Assembly (NCBI GenBank): GCA_040756235.1
Contig: JBFLZG010000122.1
Coordinates: 1 to 64,000 of the forward strand
DNA length: 64,000 nucleotides
Direction of reading: 5' to 3'
Source: a bacterium
GTDB lineage: Bacteria; Desulfobacterota; DSWW01
The notes under the pieces are model-generated. The model was not told the DNA's origin and did no database searches. It was given only the letters and a program-made list of their open reading frames with translations. Made by a program: the position numbers and the translations under genes. Each line of letters begins with the position of its first letter. The stretch's first letter is position 1. Positions 46,078 through 54,674 of the stretch are shown here, piece by piece.

Positions 46078-47412
46078 GTGAGAGCTCGCGAAGAAAAAAG
46101 GCGCGACCTGGCCGCGATCAGGGGCACGCCCGCGCAGGGTCTTGCCGGGGCCACGCTGGGGTTCTTCTTCGGGTTTGCCGCGGTCGCCCTGTTCGGTCCC
46201 ACGGCCGAGCGTCTCCGGCAGATCATGGATCTGCCTCCGATCCTGCTCGGCTTCCTCGTGGCTGCGCCCACCTTGAGCGGTTCGCTGCTGCGCATCCCCT
46301 TTTCCGCCTGGGTGGATACGACCGGCGGCCGCAAGCCGTTCCTCGTGCTCCTCTCCCTCTCCATTGCGGGGATGGCGGGCCTGTCACTCGTCCTCGCGTT
46401 GCTCTATCCGGACAAGCTCACCGCGACCTACTATCCGCTCCTGTTTGCGCTTGGGGCCCTCTGCGGTTGCGGCATCGCAACCTTCTCCGTCGGGATCAGC
46501 CAGGTGGCCTACTGGTACCAGCCGGCACGGCACGGCACAGCGCTGGGCGCCTACGCCGGGATCGGAAACCTGGCCCCCGGTCTGTTCTCGTTCATCCTGC
46601 CGATCGCGCTGGCCTCGATCGGGCTGGTCGGGGCCTATCTCGCCTGGCTGGCTTTTCTCGTGCTCGGCACGGTCCTGTACGCCCTGCTCGGCAGGAACGC
46701 CTGGTACTTCCAATATCTTGGCAGGGGTCTGCCCGCCAATGAGGCGCGGGGCCTCGCCACGCACGACGGGCAGCGGGTCTTCCCATCCGGAAAGGTGATG
46801 GAGGGGCTCAGGGCCTCGGCCCGGATCTGGCAGACCTGGGTGCTGGTCGCCCTCTACTTCACGACTTTCGGGGGCTTCCTGGCGCTCACGGCCTGGCTGC
46901 CCACGTACTGGAGCCTGTACTACGATTTCGGCTTGAGGAAGGCAGGCGCGCTCACCGCGGCCTTCTCGCTGCTTGCCTCGGTGGTTCGGGTCTACGGCGG
47001 GTCCTGGGCCGACCGCTGGGGGGGCGAGAACACATCGGCCGGCTCGGCGATCGTGCTCCTGGCCGGTTCGGGCATCCTGACGTTCACCTCGAATTTCACG
47101 CTGGCGCTCGCGGGCACGCTGCTCATCGCGATCGGCATGGGCGTGAACAATGCGGCGGTCTTCAAGATGGTGCCGCAGTACGCACGCAAGGCGATCGGCG
47201 GAGCTTCGGGTTGGGTGGGCGGCCTGGGTGCCTTCGGCGGGTTCGCCATTCCGCCGCTCCTGGGCCTGTTCGTCAACCTCCAGGGGAAGAAAGGATATGC
47301 AACCGGGTTCGTGACCTTCATCGGTCTTGCGCTGGCGGCCCTCGGGTTGGCCGTTCTGCTCCGGGTCGCCGGGCGCAAACCGCCGATCATCGTGTACATC
47401 CGGCCGAGATAG
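46078..47412 (+). CDS. narK: MFS nitrate/nitrite transporter (NarK/NNP family). Start uncertain
   Basis: ORF 45988..47412. The first 30 codons lie in the repeat element, so a GTG at 46078 is proposed. 12 TM helices, Gly-rich MFS signature loops, and it is located downstream of narGHJI. Confidence 0.6.
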   Translation: MRAREEKRRDLAAIRGTPAQGLAGATLGFFFGFAAVALFGPTAERLRQIMDLPPILLGFLVAAPTLSGSLLRIPFSAWVDTTGGRKPFLVLLSLSIAGMAGLSLVLALLYPDKLTATYYPLLFALGALCGCGIATFSVGISQVAYWYQPARHGTALGAYAGIGNLAPGLFSFILPIALASIGLVGAYLAWLAFLVLGTVLYALLGRNAWYFQYLGRGLPANEARGLATHDGQRVFPSGKVMEGLRASARIWQTWVLVALYFTTFGGFLALTAWLPTYWSLYYDFGLRKAGALTAAFSLLASVVRVYGGSWADRWGGENTSAGSAIVLLAGSGILTFTSNFTLALAGTLLIAIGMGVNNAAVFKMVPQYARKAIGGASGWVGGLGAFGGFAIPPLLGLFVNLQGKKGYATGFVTFIGLALAALGLAVLLRVAGRKPPIIVYIRPR

Positions 47413-47588
47413 CCCGGCACGTGTGGTTCCGCAGGGGGGTCTCGCGCCATGGCTTGGTCCCGGATTTTGGCACCGATTGAAGTCTACCCGATCGAGCTGT
47501 ATTTTTTAGGACAACTGATTATATTAGTCTGCATCTAAGTCTTTGACCCTCGTTCCCAAGTCACCTTCCTGCCTCCGGGGAAAAACCG

Positions 47589-48302
47589 ATGCCGTTGCTG
47601 AACCGCCGAGGCCTTTTGAGGGCCGCCGCCGCAGCCGCGTTTGCGGGCGCCCTCCCACGCTGGCCCGCGGCGGCAGCCGAACGGCAAGAGGAGAGTACCA
47701 TGGCATTCGATCTGCCCCCCCTGCCGTACCCGAAAGAAGCCCTGGAACCGTACATCTCGGCAAGGACCCTGGAGTTCCATCACGGGAAGCACCACCAGGC
47801 CTATGTCACCAACCTGAACAACCTGGTGAAGGATAAGGACCTTGCCCAGAAGCCGCTCGAGGAAGTGGTCCGGGCCTCCTGGGGGGACCCGTCCAAGGCC
47901 GGAATCTTCAACAACAGCGCCCAGGTTTGGAACCACACCTTCTTCTGGAACTGCATGAAGAAGGGCGGAGGGCAGCCTTCCGGAAAGGCGGCTGACCGGA
48001 TTCAGGCCGACTTCGGGAGTGTCGATGCGTTCAAGAACGAGCTCAAGAACGCGGCTGTCACCCAGTTCGGCAGCGGGTGGGCATGGCTCGTCCTCGACAA
48101 GGGCAAGCTCAAGGTCACCAAGACGCCCAACGCGGAGAACCCGCTGGTGCACGGGCAGGCCGCGCTCCTCACGGTGGACGTGTGGGAGCACGCCTACTAT
48201 CTGGATTATCAGAACCGCCGTCCCGACTTCGTCCAGGCCTTCATGGACCACCTCATCAACTGGGACTTCGTCAACCAGAACCTGGCGAAGGCGGGGGGGT
48301 GA
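47589..48302 (+). CDS. sodB: Fe/Mn superoxide dismutase with twin-arginine (Tat) signal peptide
   Basis: The N-terminus MPLLNRRGLLRAAAAAAFAGALPRWPAAAA is a Tat motif (RRGLL). The mature domain has HHGKHHQAYV, WNHTFFW and DVWEHAYY, the SOD metal ligands. Confidence 0.9.
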   Translation: MPLLNRRGLLRAAAAAAFAGALPRWPAAAAERQEESTMAFDLPPLPYPKEALEPYISARTLEFHHGKHHQAYVTNLNNLVKDKDLAQKPLEEVVRASWGDPSKAGIFNNSAQVWNHTFFWNCMKKGGGQPSGKAADRIQADFGSVDAFKNELKNAAVTQFGSGWAWLVLDKGKLKVTKTPNAENPLVHGQAALLTVDVWEHAYYLDYQNRRPDFVQAFMDHLINWDFVNQNLAKAGG

Positions 48303-48354
48303 GCCTAGCACTGCGCATTACCCACAAGTCAATCTGAAAGATCACACTGACTCT

Positions 48355-48565
48355 GTCGGTCATCCCGGCCCCGCCGCGTAGCGCGTGCGAGCCGGGATCC
48401 AGAAGTCTGCACAAGGGAACGGAGGTGTCATCACGCGGAGCAGGGACTGGACCCCGGCCTGCGCCGGGGTGACGGAACTGAGGAAACCGCGGCGGTCCGC
48501 TGCCCGGTCCTCCCGAATGGCGGTTTCGAGCTGGATTTCGCGTTGCGTCCCTGATGGGCCGACTT
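48355..48565 (-). repeat. Composite repeat element family A, copy 3 (diverged)
   Basis: gtcatcccggccccgccgcgtagcgcgtgcgagccgggatccagaag...gactggaccccggcctgcgccggggtgac. It sits between the sod stop and the IS4 left end. Confidence 0.6.
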
Positions 48566-48585
48566 GTGGGTAAAGGGCAGGCCTA

Positions 48586-50997
48586 GCTAGGCCTGCCCGT
48601 TCCCCACATCTAGGTACTGGACAAAATTCTCCACGCTGTGTATTCTCGCGGCATGGAACCTCAGAACCAAATCAAGCGGGCCTTGTGCAGCCCTGATGGG
48701 CTCGGGCAGGTCCGCCGGCTGCTTGGCGGGCGTGAGAGGCTGAACCGAACACAAGTGGCCGATCGGCTCTGTGAGCGATTCGGTTTCTTTGATCCCGGGG
48801 GGAGCAAGCAGCGCAGCGGATGCCTGAAGGCCCTGCGAGAGATGGAGCGGCAGGGGCAATTCACGCTGCCTGCGCCCCAATGGCAGCCTGGCCCGAAGAG
48901 TCCGAGGCGCCTTTCGAGACCGGTGCCCGCACCGCAGGACGTTCCCGAGGATGCCGGAAGGATCGGGCAATTGAGTCTGGTTCGGGTCGAAACCCAAGCA
49001 CAGATGCGGCTTTGGAACGAGATGATGATCCGGGAACATCCGCGAGGAGCCGGACCGCTGGTCGGACGCCAACTGCGTTACCTGGTGAGCTCCGAGCACG
49101 GCTGGCTCGGAGCGATCGGGTTCGGGGCGGCCGCTCTGCAGCTTCAAGCCCGAGACCGGTGGATCGGTTGGGACGCTCAGACCCGCAGGGCTCATCTCCA
49201 CCAAGTCGTATGCCTGAGCCGACTGCTGATCCGCACCGATGGGAAATGTCGGAATCTGGCCTCGCGCGTGCTCGGGATGTCTCTTCGAGCCCTTCCCGGA
49301 GACTTTCAGAGCCGGTACGGCTACCGCCCGCTGCTCGTGGAAAGCTTTGTGGACGGTCTTGCCGGCACTTGCTATCGGGCGGCCAACTGGGTATGGGTGG
49401 GTCGGACGCAGGGCCGGGGCCGTCAGGACCGGTTCACCCGCAGGGCAGAGACGATCAAAGACATTTACCTTTACGCCCTGGACAAGGATTTTCGTAGCCG
49501 CCTGGGGCTGCCGGAACCTCTGGGGATGCGGGTTTTGGGACCGGCCGACGGGGCCGATGCCGACGGCTGGGCGGAGCAGGAGTTTGGCGACGCTCCCTTG
49601 GGGGATAAGCGGCTCAGCCGCAGGCTGGTGGAGGTAGCCCGGCAGAAAGCAGAGAAACCCGACCACGCCTTTTGCAGCGTGGTGGGAGGAGAGTGGCCCA
49701 AAGTGAAGGCTTATTACCGCTTGATCGACCGGCCGGACGACTCGGCCGTGACGATGGCCAACATCCTGGCTCCGCACCGCGAACGGACGATGGAGCGGAT
49801 GCAGGGGCAAGAGGTGGTGCTTTGCATTCAAGACGGCACCGATCTGGATTACTCCAGCCTGGACCAATGTGAAGGGCTGGGGGTCATCGGCACGAATCAG
49901 ACGGGCGCCCAGAGCCGGGGGCTGCACCTTCACTCGACCCTGGCTGTAACCACCGAGGGGCTCCCCCTGGGAATCGTGCGTGCTCAGTGTACGGCTCCTG
50001 AACCCAAATCCGAGGATCGCAAGCCTTCCGGCGCGACAGCGAAGAAGACCTTCTGCTGGATCGAAGGTTTGCGCGACTCCATGGAGTTGGCCGGGAGAAT
50101 GCCGCACACCCGATTGGTTTGTGTCATGGATCGGGAAGCGGATTTCTTCGAGCTCTTCGATGCGCATCAGGGCAATCCCTGCGTGGACTTGCTGGTTCGA
50201 GCCAAACACGACCGCCGGACGCCGGCAGGCCTCAACCTATTCGATACGGTCTGGGAGAGCCCAGTTCAGAGCCGCCTGAGCATCCAGGTCCCGCGACAGA
50301 GCGCCAGAGCCAAGAAGAGCAAACAGAAGGCCAGGACCAAACGGCCCGCGCGAACCGCGGAGCTGGCCCTGCGCTATACGCAGGTGCAACTGTCGCCCAC
50401 GCCCTCCTGCAAACAAGCTCGGCCGATTACGGTCTGGGTCGTCCATGTGGTTGAAGAGAATCCCCCAGAAGAGGCCGGACCCGTCGAGTGGTATTTGATC
50501 ACCACCGTCGACCTCAAGTCGCCAGAGGATGCGATCCGGTGCGTGAGATGGTACTGCCTCCGCTGGCGCATCGAAGACTGGCATCGCGTCCTCAAATCCG
50601 GCTGCCGCATTGAAGAGATCGGCCACCACAGCGGGGACCGTCTCCAGAGGGCCATCGCAATCAATCTGGTCATCGCCTGGCGGGTTATGCTCATGACCCT
50701 GCTCGGCCGAGAGACCCCGGAGCTGCCCGCTGACGTCCTCTTCTCGGATTTGGAAGTCCAGGTCCTCCAAGCCTATGCGAAAAAAAGACGACTGAGCGTT
50801 CCCGCACTTCTCGGCGACGCGGTCCGGCTGGTGGCGAGGATCGGCGGCTACCTCGCCCGCGCTTCCGATCCGCCTCCCGGCCATCAACTCATGTGGCAAG
50901 GGTACACACAGTTGCACCTCATGTGCGAAGGGTTCGCGCTCAGAGATGACCGCGGATCTTCCCCATGAAGAACTTACGGGTAATGGGCAGGGCTAGC
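48586..50997 (+). mobile_element. IS4-family insertion sequence (~2.4 kb) with ~20-bp imperfect terminal inverted repeats
   Basis: IRL is gctaggcctgcccgttcccc at 48586-48605. IRR is ggtaatgggcagggctagc at 50979-50997, whose reverse complement is gctagccctgcccattacc. A single long transposase ORF fills the interior. Confidence 0.7.
48638..50968 (+). CDS. IS4-family DDE transposase (Tn5/IS50-like, 776 aa as called; ATG at 48653 more likely)
   Basis: WYCLRWRIEDWHRVLKSGCRIEE is the IS4 Y-(2)-R-(3)-E-(6)-K signature. DDE residues fall in the CIQDGTDLDY and VMDREADF regions. Confidence 0.8.
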   Translation: MYSRGMEPQNQIKRALCSPDGLGQVRRLLGGRERLNRTQVADRLCERFGFFDPGGSKQRSGCLKALREMERQGQFTLPAPQWQPGPKSPRRLSRPVPAPQDVPEDAGRIGQLSLVRVETQAQMRLWNEMMIREHPRGAGPLVGRQLRYLVSSEHGWLGAIGFGAAALQLQARDRWIGWDAQTRRAHLHQVVCLSRLLIRTDGKCRNLASRVLGMSLRALPGDFQSRYGYRPLLVESFVDGLAGTCYRAANWVWVGRTQGRGRQDRFTRRAETIKDIYLYALDKDFRSRLGLPEPLGMRVLGPADGADADGWAEQEFGDAPLGDKRLSRRLVEVARQKAEKPDHAFCSVVGGEWPKVKAYYRLIDRPDDSAVTMANILAPHRERTMERMQGQEVVLCIQDGTDLDYSSLDQCEGLGVIGTNQTGAQSRGLHLHSTLAVTTEGLPLGIVRAQCTAPEPKSEDRKPSGATAKKTFCWIEGLRDSMELAGRMPHTRLVCVMDREADFFELFDAHQGNPCVDLLVRAKHDRRTPAGLNLFDTVWESPVQSRLSIQVPRQSARAKKSKQKARTKRPARTAELALRYTQVQLSPTPSCKQARPITVWVVHVVEENPPEEAGPVEWYLITTVDLKSPEDAIRCVRWYCLRWRIEDWHRVLKSGCRIEEIGHHSGDRLQRAIAINLVIAWRVMLMTLLGRETPELPADVLFSDLEVQVLQAYAKKRRLSVPALLGDAVRLVARIGGYLARASDPPPGHQLMWQGYTQLHLMCEGFALRDDRGSSP

Positions 50998-51048
50998 GTC
51001 GCCATATACCTGGGTTCCCCCGCGATAGCCGCCGCCAGGACCTCGAGA

Positions 51049-51399
51049 ATGACACTAACCGGCACCATTATGACGTCGGCTCAAGAGAAAGGCCCTTACG
51101 ATTACATCTTGGAGTACAATGGACAAGAACGGATTCTCCATATCACGGACGGTTACCTGCTTAACAGCGCTGGAGGAAACAGCGGAGTTACCTCCGGATG
51201 GGAGGTCCTTGAATGGATAGGCAGACATAAGATTTTTCTGCTCAGTGGACCACCCCATTCGATAGAAGCGCTCATGGGCCTCGAAGTCCCTCACGGGGAA
51301 GTTCGCATCAGGGCAACGATGTACGCATCCAGCGGTGCAATCTTCCTCGATTCGGTCGATACTGCCAGTGATGAGAACAGACGGAAAACCTCGAGATGA
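51049..51399 (+). CDS. Hypothetical protein (~116 aa), low-GC
   Basis: ORF 50965..51399 starts inside the IS right end, so an internal start (MTLTG/MTSAQEK) is proposed. No recognisable domain. Confidence 0.3.
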   Translation: MTLTGTIMTSAQEKGPYDYILEYNGQERILHITDGYLLNSAGGNSGVTSGWEVLEWIGRHKIFLLSGPPHSIEALMGLEVPHGEVRIRATMYASSGAIFLDSVDTASDENRRKTSR

Positions 51400-51508
51400 C
51401 CTCCTCAACTTAGCAAGAGGGAGAATCCCCACATCCCCCCAGATGGATCAAAACCCAGGAGTCGAACCGGGCCGGAGCGAATATCGTCACCGACGAAGAG
51501 CTTCGCGG

Positions 51509-51760
51509 CTGGACCGGATGAAGGACCTGGCCTTGAAGAGCATCGCCTCGCACGTTTACCGCGGGATCCTGATCGGCCAGGCACAAGTCAGGGTGCAGCA
51601 GACGATCGACAATATCGACGCGCACGGCCGTTGCGTCGTCACGTTCGACGAGATCGAGAAGGGCTATCCAGCGCTTACAGTGGCTACCAGAGGGACCCAT
51701 GCGAAGCCCGGCATCCAGGCGGATGCACTCTTCATTCAGACATCCGTTCTCCACGATATG
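51509..51760 (+). pseudogene. Degraded partial copy of the downstream AAA+ ATPase gene (Walker-A segment deleted, frameshifted)
   Basis: ORF 51335..51853 encodes DRMKDLALKSIASHVYRGILIGQAQVRVQQTIDNIDAHGRCVVTFDEIEKGYPALTVATRG. This parallels DRMKDFSLKSIASHMYRGILVLGPAGTGKT...GQAEAKAQQTVDIIDAQGRCVVMFDEIEKGLSSAYSGYQG of the intact gene at about 53190-53520. Confidence 0.7.
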
Positions 51761-52469
51761 GCGGACCCGTCTTGCGAATTCGGACGCAGCGCCCATGCGC
51801 CTGGGAAAAACAATCATGTCCCGAAGAATCGAGGCGGAAACCTTCGCAGGTAGTCCCGTAGCCATTTCCGTATAATTTCCAAGTGCACTCCTTGATCCCG
51901 AAGACCGCCACCAGCTTCGCAGTTTCCACCAGCTCCCGCACTCTGGCCAGAAAGAGATCTGCACTCAGCCCATGCATGGCCGTGTGACCGAATGTCAGAC
52001 GGTAGGTCAGGATCAGCACAACCACGACTTCTCCGTTCCTGGCGGCCCGGTCTCCGCACCCTTCGGTTGGTTGAACATGGGCGTGCTGTAGCTGCTCATG
52101 CCTTTTCCGGCGACACTACTCATAGTGAAGGTCCCGCCGGAGACGTCTTCCGGCTTGAGGGTGCCGAATCTTGCCTTTTCAGCCACCACCTTCACATTTT
52201 TGGACACCTGCAGGAGCGACTTCTGGTTCGCTACCTTTATAACCAGCACAATGAGACCTTTCTTCCCCACCGCGACGGCAACTCCGTTGATGTCCTGCCA
52301 AACTGACTCAAGTCCGCCCCCGGTCGAACCTTTGTTTGGGCTTCCCACCTGGACCCTGCTCTTCCCTTGCCGTATCCCTGTGGGCGGCAAGGGAAGAGCG
52401 TTCCCTACCCTCCTTCCCGAGCTCACACCTGCCAGTCCAGCAATTCGCCACCCAAGCTCCGGAGGCGCC

Positions 52470-53969
52470 ATGAACGTCCCGAAGAGGATCAAGGTCCTGC
52501 ACTATCTCAACGCCGGCTACCCGGCCCTGTGGGTCAAGACGCAGGAGCCGGAACGGGCCGAAGCGAATATCCTCGCTGAGATCAGGCAGTGGGACGACCA
52601 CCGAAAAACCCGGACCGCGGTCTACCGATGGGACTGCCTGCGCGGGCTCGAGGGCGTTCACCCGGACAGGGAAGAACGGCAGATGATCCAGGACCCGGCA
52701 GAGCTCGTGACGCATCTGGCCGAAATGCCCGGGCCGGCGGTCGCATTCCTCGAGAACTTCCACCGGTTCATCGAGGGGGCTGAAACCGTCCAGGCCCTCC
52801 AGAACGCGAGACAGGCTCTCGCCGCAGACGGCGTGACCCTGATCGCGGTCTCGCCGATCGTGACCATCCCGACCGAGCTCTCGAAGCTCTTCAAGGTCGT
52901 TTCTTTCGAGCTTCCAACCCGGGAGGAACTGAAAGAGGTCTTCGTCGAGATCGCCGCGGCCGCAAATCTTGGGGAACAGGCACCTGAACTCTTGGACCAG
53001 CTTGCCGAGGCGGCTGTGGGCCTGACGCGCTTCGAGGCGGAGAACGCAGCCGCGCTCTGTTCCGTAGTCTCCTCCGGCAAGTTCTCCCCGGAGATCGTCG
53101 CGCACATGAAGGCGGACATGATCCGGCAGTCCTCCACCCTCGAGATCGGCGTCTTCGAGGAGACCTTCGAGGAGCTTCGCGGCGTTGACCGGATGAAGGA
53201 TTTTTCACTCAAGAGCATCGCCTCGCACATGTACCGCGGGATCCTGGTCCTGGGTCCCGCAGGGACCGGGAAGACCCACTTTGCCAAGGCCCTGGGGAAC
53301 GCCGTCAGGCTTCCCACGATCATCGCGGACGTGAACCGGGTCATGGCGGCCGGACAGGCCCTCGTGGGGCAGGCCGAGGCCAAGGCGCAGCAGACGGTCG
53401 ACATCATCGACGCCCAGGGGCGCTGTGTGGTCATGTTCGACGAAATCGAGAAGGGACTATCGAGCGCTTACAGCGGTTACCAGGGGGATGGGGGCGCGAA
53501 GGCCGGGGTGGGGTCGATACTTCTGCGCTGGATGTCGGACCGCCCCCAAGGGACCGCGTATGTCGTCGCCACCTGCAACGATCTCTCTCAGCTTCCGCCG
53601 GAGTGGATGCGCGCGGAGCGCTGGGACGCGATCTTCTTCGTCGATCTTCCAGACGAAGAGACCCGCAGCGCGATCCTCGGGATCTACAGCGCGAAATTTG
53701 AGGTTGACCCGGAGACGATTCCCGCCTCCCAGCTTACCGACTGGACCGGCGCCGAGATCAAGACCCTCTGCAGGGTGGCGAAGATGCTCGGGACGACTCT
53801 GGAAGAGGCCTCCCAGTTCGTGGTCCCCGTCTGCCGTACTGCCAGGGAGAAAATCCAGTCCCTTCGCGAGTGGGCCCAGGGCAGGGCGGTTCCGGCACAC
53901 AGAAGGGAGCAGGGCAGCGCGAGACTTCAAGAGAGCGCGTCCGTGAGAAGGATCGTCTGCGGGAACTGA
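52470..53969 (+). CDS. AAA+ ATPase (classical AAA clade, Ycf46-like architecture: ~270-aa N-domain plus AAA module), 499 aa
   Basis: ATG 52470 is aa 125 of ORF 52098..53969 and is preceded by GGAGG. Walker A is LGPAGTGKTHFAKAL and Walker B VVMFDEIEK. Sensor-1 and second region of homology are in VVATCNDLSQLPPEWMRAERWDAIFFVDLP. The C-terminal helical lid is GAEIKTLCRVA. Confidence 0.8.
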   Translation: MNVPKRIKVLHYLNAGYPALWVKTQEPERAEANILAEIRQWDDHRKTRTAVYRWDCLRGLEGVHPDREERQMIQDPAELVTHLAEMPGPAVAFLENFHRFIEGAETVQALQNARQALAADGVTLIAVSPIVTIPTELSKLFKVVSFELPTREELKEVFVEIAAAANLGEQAPELLDQLAEAAVGLTRFEAENAAALCSVVSSGKFSPEIVAHMKADMIRQSSTLEIGVFEETFEELRGVDRMKDFSLKSIASHMYRGILVLGPAGTGKTHFAKALGNAVRLPTIIADVNRVMAAGQALVGQAEAKAQQTVDIIDAQGRCVVMFDEIEKGLSSAYSGYQGDGGAKAGVGSILLRWMSDRPQGTAYVVATCNDLSQLPPEWMRAERWDAIFFVDLPDEETRSAILGIYSAKFEVDPETIPASQLTDWTGAEIKTLCRVAKMLGTTLEEASQFVVPVCRTAREKIQSLREWAQGRAVPAHRREQGSARLQESASVRRIVCGN

Positions 53970-54016
53970 CACCAGCAGACCGGCCCGACAGCCTCTGGGC
54001 AGAAGGAGACGAGACC

Positions 54017-54448
54017 ATGAGCCATGTGGCAATCATCGAGATCGAGATCACGGACCTGGCGGCACTCACGGCCGCATGCAAGCGCCTGGGGTTCTCCTTC
54101 CAAGAGAACCAGAAGACTTATGAGTGGTACGGCCGCTGGGAAGGGGACTATCCCCTGCCCGAAGGGTTCTCGCAAGAAGATCTGGGCAAATGCGACCACG
54201 CGATCCGCGTGCCCGGCGCCGGCTACGAGGTGGGGGTCGTGAAGGCGAGGAAGAAGTCCGGGTACCAGCTCCTCTGGGACTTCTGGAGCCAGGGGGGGCT
54301 CAGCGAAGAGCTCGGCCCGAAGGCCGAGAAGCTCGTCCAGGCCTACGGCGTGGAGAAGGCCAAACGGGAGGCCAGAAAACAGGGGTTCTCGGTCTACGAG
54401 ACGACCCGGGAAGACGGAACCGTGAGACTCACCCTTACCAGGAGATAA
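54017..54448 (+). CDS. DUF1257 domain protein (Ycf35-like), 143 aa
   Basis: MSHVAIIEIEITDLAALTAACKRLGF...YEWYGRW matches the DUF1257 N-terminal pattern. The gene begins 48 nt after the AAA gene. Family assignment is from recollection of Pfam PF06868. Confidence 0.6.
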   Translation: MSHVAIIEIEITDLAALTAACKRLGFSFQENQKTYEWYGRWEGDYPLPEGFSQEDLGKCDHAIRVPGAGYEVGVVKARKKSGYQLLWDFWSQGGLSEELGPKAEKLVQAYGVEKAKREARKQGFSVYETTREDGTVRLTLTRR

Positions 54449-54453
54449 CGCCG

Positions 54454-54648
54454 ATGAGCCAGACCATCCAGATCACGTTCAACCCGGACGGGACCACGGA
54501 AGTGAAGACGACCGGATTCCGGGGAAAATCGTGCATGAAGGCGACCGAGTTCCTGAAGAAGGCCCTGGGGAGCGTCACCAAGACCGGGAAGACCCCCGAG
54601 TACTTTCAGGGCGCGGCAGAACAAACCTCGAAGGCTCGCGGCGAGTGA
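54454..54648 (+). CDS. DUF2997 domain protein, 64 aa
   Basis: MSQTIQITFNPDGTTEVKTTGFRGKSCMKATEFLKKALG fits the small DUF2997 family (…I.I..dG...ve..Gf.G..C...T..l..aLG). It starts 6 nt after DUF1257. Family assignment is from recollection of Pfam PF11211. Confidence 0.6.
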   Translation: MSQTIQITFNPDGTTEVKTTGFRGKSCMKATEFLKKALGSVTKTGKTPEYFQGAAEQTSKARGE

Positions 54649-54674
54649 CCAGAACCGTAAGCGGAGGCCTGCCC

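Noticed and set aside
48587-50209. 540-aa minus ORF inside the IS4 element
   Set aside because: Antisense to the transposase, which carries the YREK signature. No homology of its own.
52013-52492. 159-aa minus ORF overlapping the AAA ATPase start, considered as a possible real gene (its central segment is protein-like)
   Set aside because: It overlaps the well-supported AAA start and RBS, lacks a convincing start of its own, and its neighbour 51732..52025 looks like the displaced other half. I treat both as fragments of a decayed gene in the scar region, not as a functional CDS.
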